The notes: a model not told the origin generated them from the sequence alone. DNA of 64,000 nt from Acidobacteriota bacterium (GCA_963664705.1 OY761556.1:6464001-6528000), one strand, 5' to 3'. Positions 46,678 through 56,561 are shown, counted from the first letter of the stretch. Program-made: numbers and translations.

Positions 46678-46739
46678 TAGATTTGTGAAATATGGAAATG
46701 TTTATTTCCAAAACTCTTAACCTTTTTAAGGAGACAATT

Positions 46740-47732
46740 ATGTCTGTCCATTCTGTTGAAGAAACCTGGGTTGAGACTCTTGACGCGTCCCTCCCCGAAT
46801 CAATTCCATCCGCAAAAACCTTAGGTGCACTGCCTCCTGGACTAGCAAAGCTCAAGATACGCCTGGCGATTCAGCGTTGGCCCAATGGCGAAGAAAGCCA
46901 TTTCAGGGCAGAACTCTCCGATAGTCTCGTCGAGATACTTCGTCACGGAGCCGAGGCTCTTGGAACGCCCGCTCTTCCTCCTCATCCCGCGGAGCCACTG
47001 GATACCCTTTTATGCCGGCGACATGGACACGAATGGGAATCCTTGGCTGATCTCCAAACTCCGCTTTGGATTCTGCTTGCCGAAGGCTTTTCTCGCCATT
47101 TCGCGATCGATTTTAAGACGATAATTCAAATCAATGCGCGGTGGGGAACCGCCTCCAATTCCAGCATGAGCCCCCGGGAACTCCTAACTTCATTTGGTTT
47201 TGACCCGGCTCAATTTAGCTTGTACTACGCCACGAGTTCGGATCTTCTCCCACCAGACACTCCGCTGAACATTCAGCGAGGCGACCGTTTCGAAGCACAA
47301 AAGGACGGGCGATACGGCTTTGTGTCGTCCCGTCCCCCACGGGGGACTCAAACCATCGAAGAGGAAATTGAAGAGCTTCAGAAGCAAGGACTCGATATCA
47401 AACTCACGAGCCAAAATAGTCAGCGTTATGTTGAACTCTTGGGATTAGAGATTCCCTCTCCTCCCTGGTCAACTTCACGAGCAGACATTCTTATTGCGGT
47501 TCCGGGCATATACCCGCAAGGAGGCCTCGATGCGTTTTATTTGCACACTACTGTTTCTCATACAAATGGGCAAATTCCCTATCAGCAATCCATTGCCGAG
47601 ATTGCAGGCATGTCGTGGGCTTTGATTTCATGGCACTACTCTCAGAGCCGTCCTTGGAATCCAGTTTTGGATGACCTTGCATCTCATATAGTCCATTGTC
47701 GTGGATTCTTTCTACAGCGAGGCATCCGATGA
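46740..47732 (+). CDS. Ubiquitin-like (beta-grasp) domains fused to prokaryotic E2-like domain
   Basis: Beta-grasp-like segment ending KDGRYG (47301-47318), then E2-like ILIAVPGIYPQGGLDAFY...SWHY...WNP..DDL..H. Confidence 0.7.
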   Translation: MSVHSVEETWVETLDASLPESIPSAKTLGALPPGLAKLKIRLAIQRWPNGEESHFRAELSDSLVEILRHGAEALGTPALPPHPAEPLDTLLCRRHGHEWESLADLQTPLWILLAEGFSRHFAIDFKTIIQINARWGTASNSSMSPRELLTSFGFDPAQFSLYYATSSDLLPPDTPLNIQRGDRFEAQKDGRYGFVSSRPPRGTQTIEEEIEELQKQGLDIKLTSQNSQRYVELLGLEIPSPPWSTSRADILIAVPGIYPQGGLDAFYLHTTVSHTNGQIPYQQSIAEIAGMSWALISWHYSQSRPWNPVLDDLASHIVHCRGFFLQRGIR

Positions 47733-49129
47733 ACCTGAGAATATCCGAATCGCATTGGCGAGACGTACAACGAGCTACCATGTCCAGCTTCTCAAAAGCT
47801 CTTGGGCGGCCTGCCGAAACCGGCTGCATTTTGCTTTGTGGACACAACGCACACTCAGTCCGTCCGAGTCTTTTGGTTGCCGATGTTCTAATTCCCAGTG
47901 ACCAGGACCTTAAAGATCAGGAGTATGGTGGTTTAACGTTTTCTAGTAGTTACCTTCGGCGTGCCCTCCTTACTGTACGGCAACGCGGACTAAAGGGGTT
48001 TTTGACCCTGCATACTCACCCACTAGCAGATAGATACGTCGGCTTTTCCAACTACGACAATGAAAATGATCCTCAGTTAATGCAAAACTTATATGAGATG
48101 CAACAAGATGGATTATTTGGAAGCATTGTCATAGGCAAGAACTCTGCTGCCGCCAGGATCTGGGATTGTTCAAGGTTCCTGCCTTTAAGGAATTTGGTAA
48201 TCGTGGGCGAACAGCTATGTTTTATCCCGTTGAACGGAGACTCCTCAACGATAGCAGTCCCGGAAGCATCTGAAATCTTTGATCGCAGTTTGGCGCTAAC
48301 CGGGCAAGGAGCGCTTTCTATTCTATCTCAGCTCCGCATTGCAGTAATCGGGGCTAGTGGCACAGGATCTCTCATCGTGGAACTTCTGGCTCGCGCAGGG
48401 GCTGGAGAGATCGTCCTTTTCGATTTCGATACAGCAGATCACACTAATCTAAATCGCGTGCTCTACCTGCGAACGAGAGACACTGATGTAAAGAGGATTA
48501 AAGCTGAACGTCTCGCTGAAGCCATCAAAGAAAGCGGCCTCCCGTCACGTATCACCATAGTCAAAGATGGTGATATTCGGAAACCCGAGGTAGCCAGCGA
48601 ACTGCGTGGTTGTGATCTCCTAATCGGGTGCGTAGACCGCGATTGGCCGCGTCTCATTCTCTCCGAGGTTTCGTATCAATATCTATTGCCCTATCTGGAT
48701 CTCGGAACCGAAATTGGAATTTCTGACGATTGCATTCAAAGTATCGACTCCAGAACATCATATGTCTGTCCCGGACGTCCATGTTTGCTTTGCAGTAAGG
48801 TTGTCTCCCAAGAACGTCTGCGTCTCGAAACGCTTGAAAGTGATGAACAAGACCGCGTTATAAAAATGGGTTATTCTGCGGATATTCGCCTTAAAGCACC
48901 TGCTGTTATGGAACTCAACATGCGCTCTGCTTCCTTAGCCATGTTCCTTCTCCGCAATCTCCTTCAGCCCTTCCTGGCTGCTCCTGTACCACACACAATT
49001 AAGGAAGCGCTTACAAACTACTCAACTCGCCAGCTTTTTTACTCCGTCATGCCCAAATGCCCGTGTTGTGATTCAGAGCGCCTCGGCGCGGGTGGTTCAT
49101 CGCGTCTAAGCACTAGACCGCAGGCTTAA
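47729..49129 (+). CDS. JAB peptidase-ThiF/E1 fusion
   Basis: JAB E...HTHP...FSNYD; E1 VIGASGTGS, DFD, NLNR, GCVD, CLLC and C-terminal CPCC. Confidence 0.85.
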   Translation: MNLRISESHWRDVQRATMSSFSKALGRPAETGCILLCGHNAHSVRPSLLVADVLIPSDQDLKDQEYGGLTFSSSYLRRALLTVRQRGLKGFLTLHTHPLADRYVGFSNYDNENDPQLMQNLYEMQQDGLFGSIVIGKNSAAARIWDCSRFLPLRNLVIVGEQLCFIPLNGDSSTIAVPEASEIFDRSLALTGQGALSILSQLRIAVIGASGTGSLIVELLARAGAGEIVLFDFDTADHTNLNRVLYLRTRDTDVKRIKAERLAEAIKESGLPSRITIVKDGDIRKPEVASELRGCDLLIGCVDRDWPRLILSEVSYQYLLPYLDLGTEIGISDDCIQSIDSRTSYVCPGRPCLLCSKVVSQERLRLETLESDEQDRVIKMGYSADIRLKAPAVMELNMRSASLAMFLLRNLLQPFLAAPVPHTIKEALTNYSTRQLFYSVMPKCPCCDSERLGAGGSSRLSTRPQA

Positions 49130-49266
49130 CAGACCCGAATTATTGAAAGCAGATCGCGGGTTAAAGTCATCGGAAGCCATGGATTCCATAATCCGGGAAT
49201 TTCCTTCCATCGAAAGATCCGGATTCAAGAAGGTGTTGTTGAACGACTGTCAATGCGCGGGTGAAC

Positions 49267-50334
49267 TCATCTCCTATATTCCGCCGTCAGCTGACGCTGG
49301 ATACGGCTATCCTGGTCACGAATCTGCAAATATGCCAGGGAAGATCCTCCACATGAATCGATATCAATCACACCAAAACTTTTTTCATAAAAGAGATTTG
49401 CAGCTCTGTGCTGATTCTTCTCTGGCGAGAAGAAAGCTCTTAAATGATAGAAGAAATCGACATGGTGGGTCAGGCCGCTGCTTGTGACATCATATAGAGA
49501 ATACGGCAATTGCGGATCATCTAATCTGGATATCTCCGCAAGGTGGCGATCGCCGCTTAGGATAACGGTGAGCCTTGGTTTTGCATCTGTGAGCAATTGC
49601 AGGATTCGTTTTCGTGATTTCGGATAATTGCCCCAATGCTCATAGGGATGCTCGCAGGAAAGCAATTGAATGCTGGATCCAAGCAGAACAATTTCATCTC
49701 TACTATCTCTCAGTTCTTTTTCAAGCCATTGCCATTGCTTCTCACCGAGGAGATCACTCTCCGGTCCCGGTACATCTGCGTTGTAGCGGAGATCCAGAAG
49801 GATGACTTTGATTCGCCCCGCAGGCTTGCCATATGTATAGGAAGCATAAACGCCGTCCTGCTTCCGGCGAGGGCTGTCTTGCGGTTCATCTATGAAATCA
49901 AGAAAAAGCTGTTGGCTCTCAGCCTTCTTCGAGTAATGCTTGTTACCATTTTTCATCCCATAATCATTGTCATCCCAGGTGCCAATGATGGGGCACTGCT
50001 TTCTCATCTCTGCGTATTCGGGATTCTGTTTCTGTTTTTCGTACTGGCTTCGCAGATATCCCACATCTTCAGTAGCGGCATCGACGCTGTCTCCGAGCCA
50101 GATCCAGAGGTCGGGCTTGCAGTTGACAATAGCTCGCCACATATAGTTTGGCTTCCATTGTTTGTTGCAGGAACCGAATGCAATTCGAAAAACGCCAGGC
50201 CCAGCCGGGTTGCGATCAATATGATCACCCATTGGCGCAACTGTTCGCGTGGAATAAAGCTGAGCAACCGGGATGGCAATCACAATGAGAGCCATCAGCA
50301 GCCCCAGGAATTTAAAAGCATGTCTAAGCTTCAT
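49267..50334 (-). CDS. PhoD-family alkaline phosphatase-like protein
   Basis: FGSCN, WLGD, WDDND, LLGEKQWQWL, LSGDRH motifs; N-terminal signal/TM. Confidence 0.85.
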   Translation of the reverse strand: MKLRHAFKFLGLLMALIVIAIPVAQLYSTRTVAPMGDHIDRNPAGPGVFRIAFGSCNKQWKPNYMWRAIVNCKPDLWIWLGDSVDAATEDVGYLRSQYEKQKQNPEYAEMRKQCPIIGTWDDNDYGMKNGNKHYSKKAESQQLFLDFIDEPQDSPRRKQDGVYASYTYGKPAGRIKVILLDLRYNADVPGPESDLLGEKQWQWLEKELRDSRDEIVLLGSSIQLLSCEHPYEHWGNYPKSRKRILQLLTDAKPRLTVILSGDRHLAEISRLDDPQLPYSLYDVTSSGLTHHVDFFYHLRAFFSPEKNQHRAANLFYEKSFGVIDIDSCGGSSLAYLQIRDQDSRIQRQLTAEYRR

Positions 50335-52991
50335 TGTAATTTCTCTCCTGTGTCAGCAGGCCGGGATTCGATAAAAAGAGAATCGGAACTATCGCCAATC
50401 ATCAGCATTCCCGCCCAGTGCTTTGGGAGTGCATTGTCCTTGTATTCTCCAATAAAATCCAACTTCGCCTGGCGCAGAGCAGATCCCTTGTCCATTCCAT
50501 GCGCCAAATATGAGTAGAAGCGAGTCATCAGCTCCGCCGTGGAAAGATCCTCTGTGGGCCAGATGCTTGCTACCACAGATCGCGCGCCGGCCATCAGAAA
50601 GGATTTAACCAAATTGGAGACTCCCTCCTGGTCCAATACTCTTCCCATTGCGGTATCGCATGCGGATAGAACGACCAAATCGGCTTTTAGTCGGAGCCGG
50701 CTGATTTCCCACGCCTGAAAGATGCCGTCATCGCGTTCATCAATCTGAGGTCCAAATAGAAGTGCTGACCTGGCTGGAAATCTCGGATCTGAAATGCCAT
50801 GAACTGCAAAATGGAGGATGTCGAAATTTTCCAGGCTAAGCGACTTAATTGCTGATTCGCTGACAGATTCTCCGAGCAAGGTAAAGCTATCAGTCGCGCC
50901 CTTCATCTCTTTAGCGATCGTTGATATTTCAGTAAGCGAACCCTCCAGTCTGGACGGTCGCGGCAGATTATTAAAGTAGATGAGTCCGGATTCGTCTGAA
51001 GCAGGGTATCGAACATCACCCACACCCAAAAACTTTCGTTTACCCGTTCGCATTACCGGGGTTTTCCTGAGAAGGTATGTAATTGTTGCCGATGGGCTGT
51101 AATCAATCATGTGCAGTTCCAGAAAAGGCCTCCCGGAGGGCACCGGAATTGCCTCGAAGGGAAGTAAGTGCAGCAATCCATCCGGCACAATTGTAATTCG
51201 TGGCTTATGATCGATATCTGGGAGCGGACGGATCAACAGGTCATAGAGTCTTTGGGCGAATTGGGTACTTTTTCGGTTTTGCAGAATATCATTGCGATAG
51301 TTTGAAACAGCCTCTTCAATCACATGCCTGGGAGCAAGCGTGATGCCCTGAACACCGGATCGACTGATTACCAAGCAGGTAGAGGAAGGCTCTCTCAATA
51401 CATATTCAAGAATGACTTCTGCTGAATATAGGCCTTTTTGAATTTCTGCTAACGGGATTGGAGAAAATGTCAGCGCCTCAATATTGTGCCGACCAGCTTC
51501 TCGGCTGGATCCAAGATGCTGTTCCAAATCGAAAATTTCGCTTTGAATTCGATGTTGTTCCAGCGGATCTTTCTTTTTCCAGAGCTCGGCTTGGAGGCGA
51601 GTGAGTGACCGTTCGTATTTCTCGAAAGGATTTTGATCCTTTTCTCCCACTGCCGGAGTGGGATCTAACCGTCGTCCTCTAAGAGAATCTGAAATGCTTC
51701 TGCCACGAGCCTGTTCCAGAATTAGGAAAGCTTTTGCCGGATCATTGAGTCGATGGAGCGAAAACGAAAAGTAGTCAGAGTAAAGGCTGCTCATTCTGGC
51801 AACGAGGAAAGCACGAGCATGGGCACTCGTAAATTTCCCCAGCAGACCGTTTAGGGTTTGCAGCGCTTCATTGTAGAGGAGATCGGCCTCAGCGATCCGG
51901 CCTTGGTCTGCCCGAATTGCTGCCCTGTTCCGAAGATGGAGAATGGTTTCTGTTGGATCTCCAGATTTCAAGCTCGAATGGAAACCCACTTCAGCACAAT
52001 CAAGCCCTTTCCACAATTCGTCTCGTGTGAGATGAATTTGTGAAAGGTCCAGAGATATTTTTGAAATTAGCCGATGATAACCAATTTCCAAGGAAATATT
52101 GAGGGCTTGTTTCAGCAAATCTGCGGCCTCCACAAGTCGGCCATTCTCGAAATGCACATGCCCCTGTAGATATAGCGCTTGGGCATTCTGAGCGGGAGCT
52201 CCGGTGAGTCGCGCCTGAGCTATGCAATGCTCAACCAAAGGCGTTGCATCCTGAAGTCGATTGGATGCGATGAGAATTATTGCCTTCTCAAAAAAGGCTG
52301 GGGAATAGGAGAACGCTTGTTCGCGTTCTATTAGGTCAATCGCGCGATCAAGATGGCCAAGGGCATCTTGATTCTTTCCTGCACTGCTATAAAGACAGGC
52401 GATGGCAGTCCTGAATCGCAGTTCATTCATCCCATCGCCGATCTCTGCTGCGTGCCAAAGGACTGCAGAGACTTCATCTGATCCAATTGGATCTCCATCC
52501 AACACCTTCAACAGGCCGAGCTCTCCCCGTGCGCGGTCCTCCAAATGCTTATCCCCAGCCTTTTGAGAGAGCATGAGGACTTCCTGCCAATCCCGCCGGC
52601 GCTGATAGGCATTAAAAACGAAGGCGCTTAGGGCATCAGTGTCAGACTCAACATCGGCTTTTAAAAACAGCGCTCTGAGACGAACCGTTGGATTGTTTTT
52701 TGCCGGCAAACGCCCAATCTCTCTTCTTAGAGCATCACAAATTTGCTGGAGAGAATATTCCTTAATAGAAGCTCGAATGCTTCCATGCCTGGCCATTGCT
52801 GCGCTTTCAATGTCACCTGCCACAAGAAGCTGCTTCTCTGCTTCCTGGTAAAGCGGCAGTGCTTTGCCCCATTGGTATCTCTCTGCATGCAGATCCGCCT
52901 GCCGGAGCATTTCATTGCCAGACTCCAAAGACCAAGCCGTCCGTGAACAGCAGATGGTTGCAACTAGTAGGAACCAATAGATTGCTTTCAT
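50331..52991 (-). CDS. Exported TPR-CHAT (caspase-like) protease
   Basis: Signal peptide, TPR helices, IVPDGLLHLLPFEA, His-Cys dyad LHFAVHG / VVLSACDT, ALRQAK, HWAG. Confidence 0.9.
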   Translation of the reverse strand: MKAIYWFLLVATICCSRTAWSLESGNEMLRQADLHAERYQWGKALPLYQEAEKQLLVAGDIESAAMARHGSIRASIKEYSLQQICDALRREIGRLPAKNNPTVRLRALFLKADVESDTDALSAFVFNAYQRRRDWQEVLMLSQKAGDKHLEDRARGELGLLKVLDGDPIGSDEVSAVLWHAAEIGDGMNELRFRTAIACLYSSAGKNQDALGHLDRAIDLIEREQAFSYSPAFFEKAIILIASNRLQDATPLVEHCIAQARLTGAPAQNAQALYLQGHVHFENGRLVEAADLLKQALNISLEIGYHRLISKISLDLSQIHLTRDELWKGLDCAEVGFHSSLKSGDPTETILHLRNRAAIRADQGRIAEADLLYNEALQTLNGLLGKFTSAHARAFLVARMSSLYSDYFSFSLHRLNDPAKAFLILEQARGRSISDSLRGRRLDPTPAVGEKDQNPFEKYERSLTRLQAELWKKKDPLEQHRIQSEIFDLEQHLGSSREAGRHNIEALTFSPIPLAEIQKGLYSAEVILEYVLREPSSTCLVISRSGVQGITLAPRHVIEEAVSNYRNDILQNRKSTQFAQRLYDLLIRPLPDIDHKPRITIVPDGLLHLLPFEAIPVPSGRPFLELHMIDYSPSATITYLLRKTPVMRTGKRKFLGVGDVRYPASDESGLIYFNNLPRPSRLEGSLTEISTIAKEMKGATDSFTLLGESVSESAIKSLSLENFDILHFAVHGISDPRFPARSALLFGPQIDERDDGIFQAWEISRLRLKADLVVLSACDTAMGRVLDQEGVSNLVKSFLMAGARSVVASIWPTEDLSTAELMTRFYSYLAHGMDKGSALRQAKLDFIGEYKDNALPKHWAGMLMIGDSSDSLFIESRPADTGEKLQ

Positions 52992-53000
52992 ATCTGGCCG

Positions 53001-55976
53001 CTAAAACTGATATCTCAGAGCGAGCTGAAGCTGAAATGGCGCTCCGGCATAAAGACCGTTTGTGTTGAGAGATCCGTTTGGCAGGTATTTTGTCCGGAAG
53101 GTTGGCAGCGGATTCTGCCCTGGTCCCCACAAAGAGCCGATAGCACCGGAAGGTCCTTGCTCATTCGGATTAGCGGTGAATAAAAGGTTCTTGGCATTCC
53201 AAAGATTGAACAACTCAGCGCTCACATGCAATTTGCTAGTTTCTCCAATACTGAACATTTTTAGGACCCGAAGATCATGCTGGAAATGGTTTGGCTGGCG
53301 AAAAGAATTCCTGAGAAGTGGAATCCCATTGATGATCGGACGATCGGTAAGCTGGCCATCTCCATTGCTGTCCATGCCGGTAAAAGCGCTGAAGGGTGTC
53401 CCTGTGCGCCATTCTACGGTCGAGCTCGTCGTCAATCCCCAGGGAAGCTCCCATAAACTATTGAGAATCCAGCGATGGCGAATATCGTTCCGACTCCAGC
53501 GGTACTCGGATCCAAGATCAAATGCGTTTTCGTAGTTGATTCCGAGATAGTTGCGTTCGTTTGAGTCGTCATCTTTGTTATAGGAAAGGACATAATTTGT
53601 CCGAAATTGCATCCTGGAGAACCTGCGTTCAAGCCCCACTATGAGAGCATCATAATTTGAGCGAGCGTTGCTTTCCTGTTGACGAAGAATGCCGAACGCC
53701 GGGTTAGGTCTGGCGCTGAGATCGAAGTGCGGCCGCAGTACTGACGGGATTGAATTGTCAGGTTCAATCGTTGGCTGCGGCAGATTTACATCTCGGATTC
53801 TCTCCAGGTGGACAGTGTGGCTGTGAACAAAAGAAATATTCCCAACAAAGCTATTGGTTAGCCGTTGTTCAATGGAAATGCCGTATTGGAAGGCTCTCGG
53901 GTTCCGGAAGTCGGATGCGAAAAATGAAACGTCGGGCCTGACGTTAAGGCCCAGAGATGTGAAATACGAAGCATCTTGCGCATTCGCGGTTTCAGGAACG
54001 AACGGGAAAACGAATTCCGGCCGAGCTTTTTGGATCGCGCCTATTTGTGGAGCGACCAGATCGAATGTGACTCCGACCTCAGGATTGCCGTTGGAGTTGA
54101 ACGCCTGGTTGACCAGCAAATAGGGGGTCCGCGCATTAAAAAGGCCGGTTCCGAGACGGATAACCGTTCGGCTACCGGATCCGGGGCTCCAGGAAAGCCC
54201 CAGACGAGGCTGCCACATATTTAAGTCGCTGGGCACTTCGGAAGTGTTAGGCAGAAGTTGATTGGGCTTTGAAGGTTGAGGCATGAGCGCGGCTTCATAT
54301 CGAAGTCCGGCATAAAGGCTCAAATTGGAACTCAGCCGTATTGAGTCCTGCAGGTAACCGGCGAAATCCCAGAATCCGGCTTGAAATCGTCCATTGCCGA
54401 AATAGATTCTCATGAAATCGGCAGGATAGGGTTGCCCGGTTGCTGGATTGATTTGTCTTTCTGACGTGCGAATGTAGTTGTTAAGACTCGTGAATAGGTA
54501 GAGCCCCCGCCAGTTTCCGCGAAAGGTTTGAAAAACGGAGGTGCGGCTTACATCTAAGCCCAACTTCACATGATGTCTGCCTTTGATAAATGAAACGTTA
54601 TCCGCAAACTGCCAGCGTCCATCGTGCTGAATCGCGGGAAGCGTTGCTAATCCTCCAAATGCGCAGCAACCGACAATTCGAATTTCCGGCCCGGCGATAC
54701 TCCTGAAATCATTGCCCTCCAGATTGTTGGTTCGCGGCCGGGATTCATAGGAGTAATGAGCCCGGAATTCATTGAAAATGCCCGAACCGAAACTGCTGTT
54801 TAACGACATAACGACTGCATGTGTTGAGTCGCGTTCTGTTCCATTGTTTTCAAGAGAACTGTCCGTGACGCCAAAATTGGTAGCGTTTGCAGCCTTATTT
54901 GTGCTGAAACTGTACCGCATGCTGAGTTCGTTGCGTGATGACAGTCGATGATCGATCTTGGCCATATAGGTGGCCACATTATTGGTAGTTTTGAACGTGC
55001 CCTGCTTTCCCATGATCTCAGGGGGACCACTAGCCAGGTTGAAGCGGACTGTTAGCGGTTGCTGTTCGCGCTGGCCGTCGAAAACTGTGAAGAAAAATGT
55101 TTTGTCTTTAACCAATGGCCCGCCAAGGCTGGCACCAAATTGTTGCCGCGTTGGGGCGGTATCAAAACCAAAGATGTTTTTGGGAGAGAATTCACGGTGG
55201 CGCAGGTAATAGAAAGCGCTTCCGTGAAAATTGACCGATCCGGATTTGGTGACGACGTTTATCACTCCACCGGCACTTCTACCGAATTCAGCCGAGAAGT
55301 TGGAATGAACGATGCGAAATTCCTGAATGGCTTCCTGACTTAGGATATAGGCGAAATTTGAGCGCTCGCCGCCGCGTTGTCCACCAAAGAAAGGCTGATT
55401 AAAATCAGCTCCATCCACATTGACGGCACTGTTGATGCCTCTTGCGCCGGATAAACTTAGCTGCCCGCGCTCATGTTCCTGGTAGAGGCCTGGAGACAAT
55501 AGTGCGAGATCCAGGAATCGGCGGCCGTTGAGCGGAAACGCTCCGATCTCAGATTGGTCAATAACGCTGCTGATCTCAAATTGTGAGGGATTGGTGATTG
55601 ACGCTTTATCTTGAACTTCAATGAATTGCGAAATGGTCGCAGGCTGCATTGTCACTTCAATAGAGCGCATCTGGCCTATGTTAACGATAATGCCGGTGAT
55701 CCTAACCTCTGAGAAACTCGTCCGATGAGCTGTGATCTCATATTTGCCCACCGGGAGTTGAGTAATCGTGAAAAATCCTTCGGGGGAAGTGCGGTCAGTG
55801 CGCGTAATACCCATCTCAATATGTCTGGCCATGATGAGTGTATCGGGAAGAACACCTCCCGTTACATCACGGACAATGCCCTGAATCTCTCCGGAGCTGA
55901 TTTGGGAATGAGCAATATAGGGGAAGCAAAACCAGAAGATCACCGCGATAATCCTGCATAGCTTCATGACAGTCAT
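53001..55976 (-). CDS. TonB-dependent receptor (Oar-like, carboxypeptidase regulatory-like N-domain)
   Basis: Signal peptide, PLNGRRFLDL, SAEFGRSAGGVINVVTKSG plug motif, C-terminal LRYQF. Confidence 0.9.
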   Translation of the reverse strand: MTVMKLCRIIAVIFWFCFPYIAHSQISSGEIQGIVRDVTGGVLPDTLIMARHIEMGITRTDRTSPEGFFTITQLPVGKYEITAHRTSFSEVRITGIIVNIGQMRSIEVTMQPATISQFIEVQDKASITNPSQFEISSVIDQSEIGAFPLNGRRFLDLALLSPGLYQEHERGQLSLSGARGINSAVNVDGADFNQPFFGGQRGGERSNFAYILSQEAIQEFRIVHSNFSAEFGRSAGGVINVVTKSGSVNFHGSAFYYLRHREFSPKNIFGFDTAPTRQQFGASLGGPLVKDKTFFFTVFDGQREQQPLTVRFNLASGPPEIMGKQGTFKTTNNVATYMAKIDHRLSSRNELSMRYSFSTNKAANATNFGVTDSSLENNGTERDSTHAVVMSLNSSFGSGIFNEFRAHYSYESRPRTNNLEGNDFRSIAGPEIRIVGCCAFGGLATLPAIQHDGRWQFADNVSFIKGRHHVKLGLDVSRTSVFQTFRGNWRGLYLFTSLNNYIRTSERQINPATGQPYPADFMRIYFGNGRFQAGFWDFAGYLQDSIRLSSNLSLYAGLRYEAALMPQPSKPNQLLPNTSEVPSDLNMWQPRLGLSWSPGSGSRTVIRLGTGLFNARTPYLLVNQAFNSNGNPEVGVTFDLVAPQIGAIQKARPEFVFPFVPETANAQDASYFTSLGLNVRPDVSFFASDFRNPRAFQYGISIEQRLTNSFVGNISFVHSHTVHLERIRDVNLPQPTIEPDNSIPSVLRPHFDLSARPNPAFGILRQQESNARSNYDALIVGLERRFSRMQFRTNYVLSYNKDDDSNERNYLGINYENAFDLGSEYRWSRNDIRHRWILNSLWELPWGLTTSSTVEWRTGTPFSAFTGMDSNGDGQLTDRPIINGIPLLRNSFRQPNHFQHDLRVLKMFSIGETSKLHVSAELFNLWNAKNLLFTANPNEQGPSGAIGSLWGPGQNPLPTFRTKYLPNGSLNTNGLYAGAPFQLQLALRYQF

Positions 55977-56447
55977 TTCTCCTTTGAATGGTCATGCTGG
56001 AAACGGGATTACGAAATTCCTAAGCGGAGACTTTCAGAAGATTAGTTCGTCGAAAGCATCGTGAACGCGGGAAAATGCTGCGGACACATCAAACGCTATC
56101 CTCTTAGAATAAAAAACCAGCCGGTGCCTACCGCGATTAATTTCCATATTTTGAAAAATGTCGCAAACGCATAATGCCAAATTCTGTGATGCTAAATCAA
56201 ATTTGCTTTATTGGAACAGATTCCCCACATAGCAATTTTCTATCCACATCTCATCAATGGAAGCTAAATGAACATATTGCAGAAGTTAGGATGAATCGCA
56301 GAAATCGGCGAGCGGTCAGAAGTGAACGGAAATGAGGAATAATTTCCCTGAAAAGTGATCATTTGAGCACATTTTTTCCCGCACAATTTGGCAAAAATGA
56401 GTGGCGGTTTTGAGCAAACGAAACTCCTAATAGCAAAAAAATGCATT

Positions 56448-56493
56448 TTTCTAAAAATAATTTGTAAGTTTTTTGGCATTTCGTGACTCTTCG
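56448..56493 (+). promoter_or_regulatory. Conserved ICE promoter motif copy 3 upstream of xis-xis-int
   Basis: tttctaaaaataatttgtaagttttttggcatttcgtgactcttcg. Confidence 0.75.
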
Positions 56494-56561
56494 TGTTGAA
56501 AGAAAAGGAAGAAACAGGAAAGGCTAGGTGCAGTTCAGAAAAACAGAAGGTGAAATCGGCG

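Noticed and set aside
50331-52991. CHAT protease as part of type III-E CRISPR or a gasdermin system
   Set aside because: No Cas7-11, array or gasdermin in the window, and the protein has a signal peptide; used only as an analogy.
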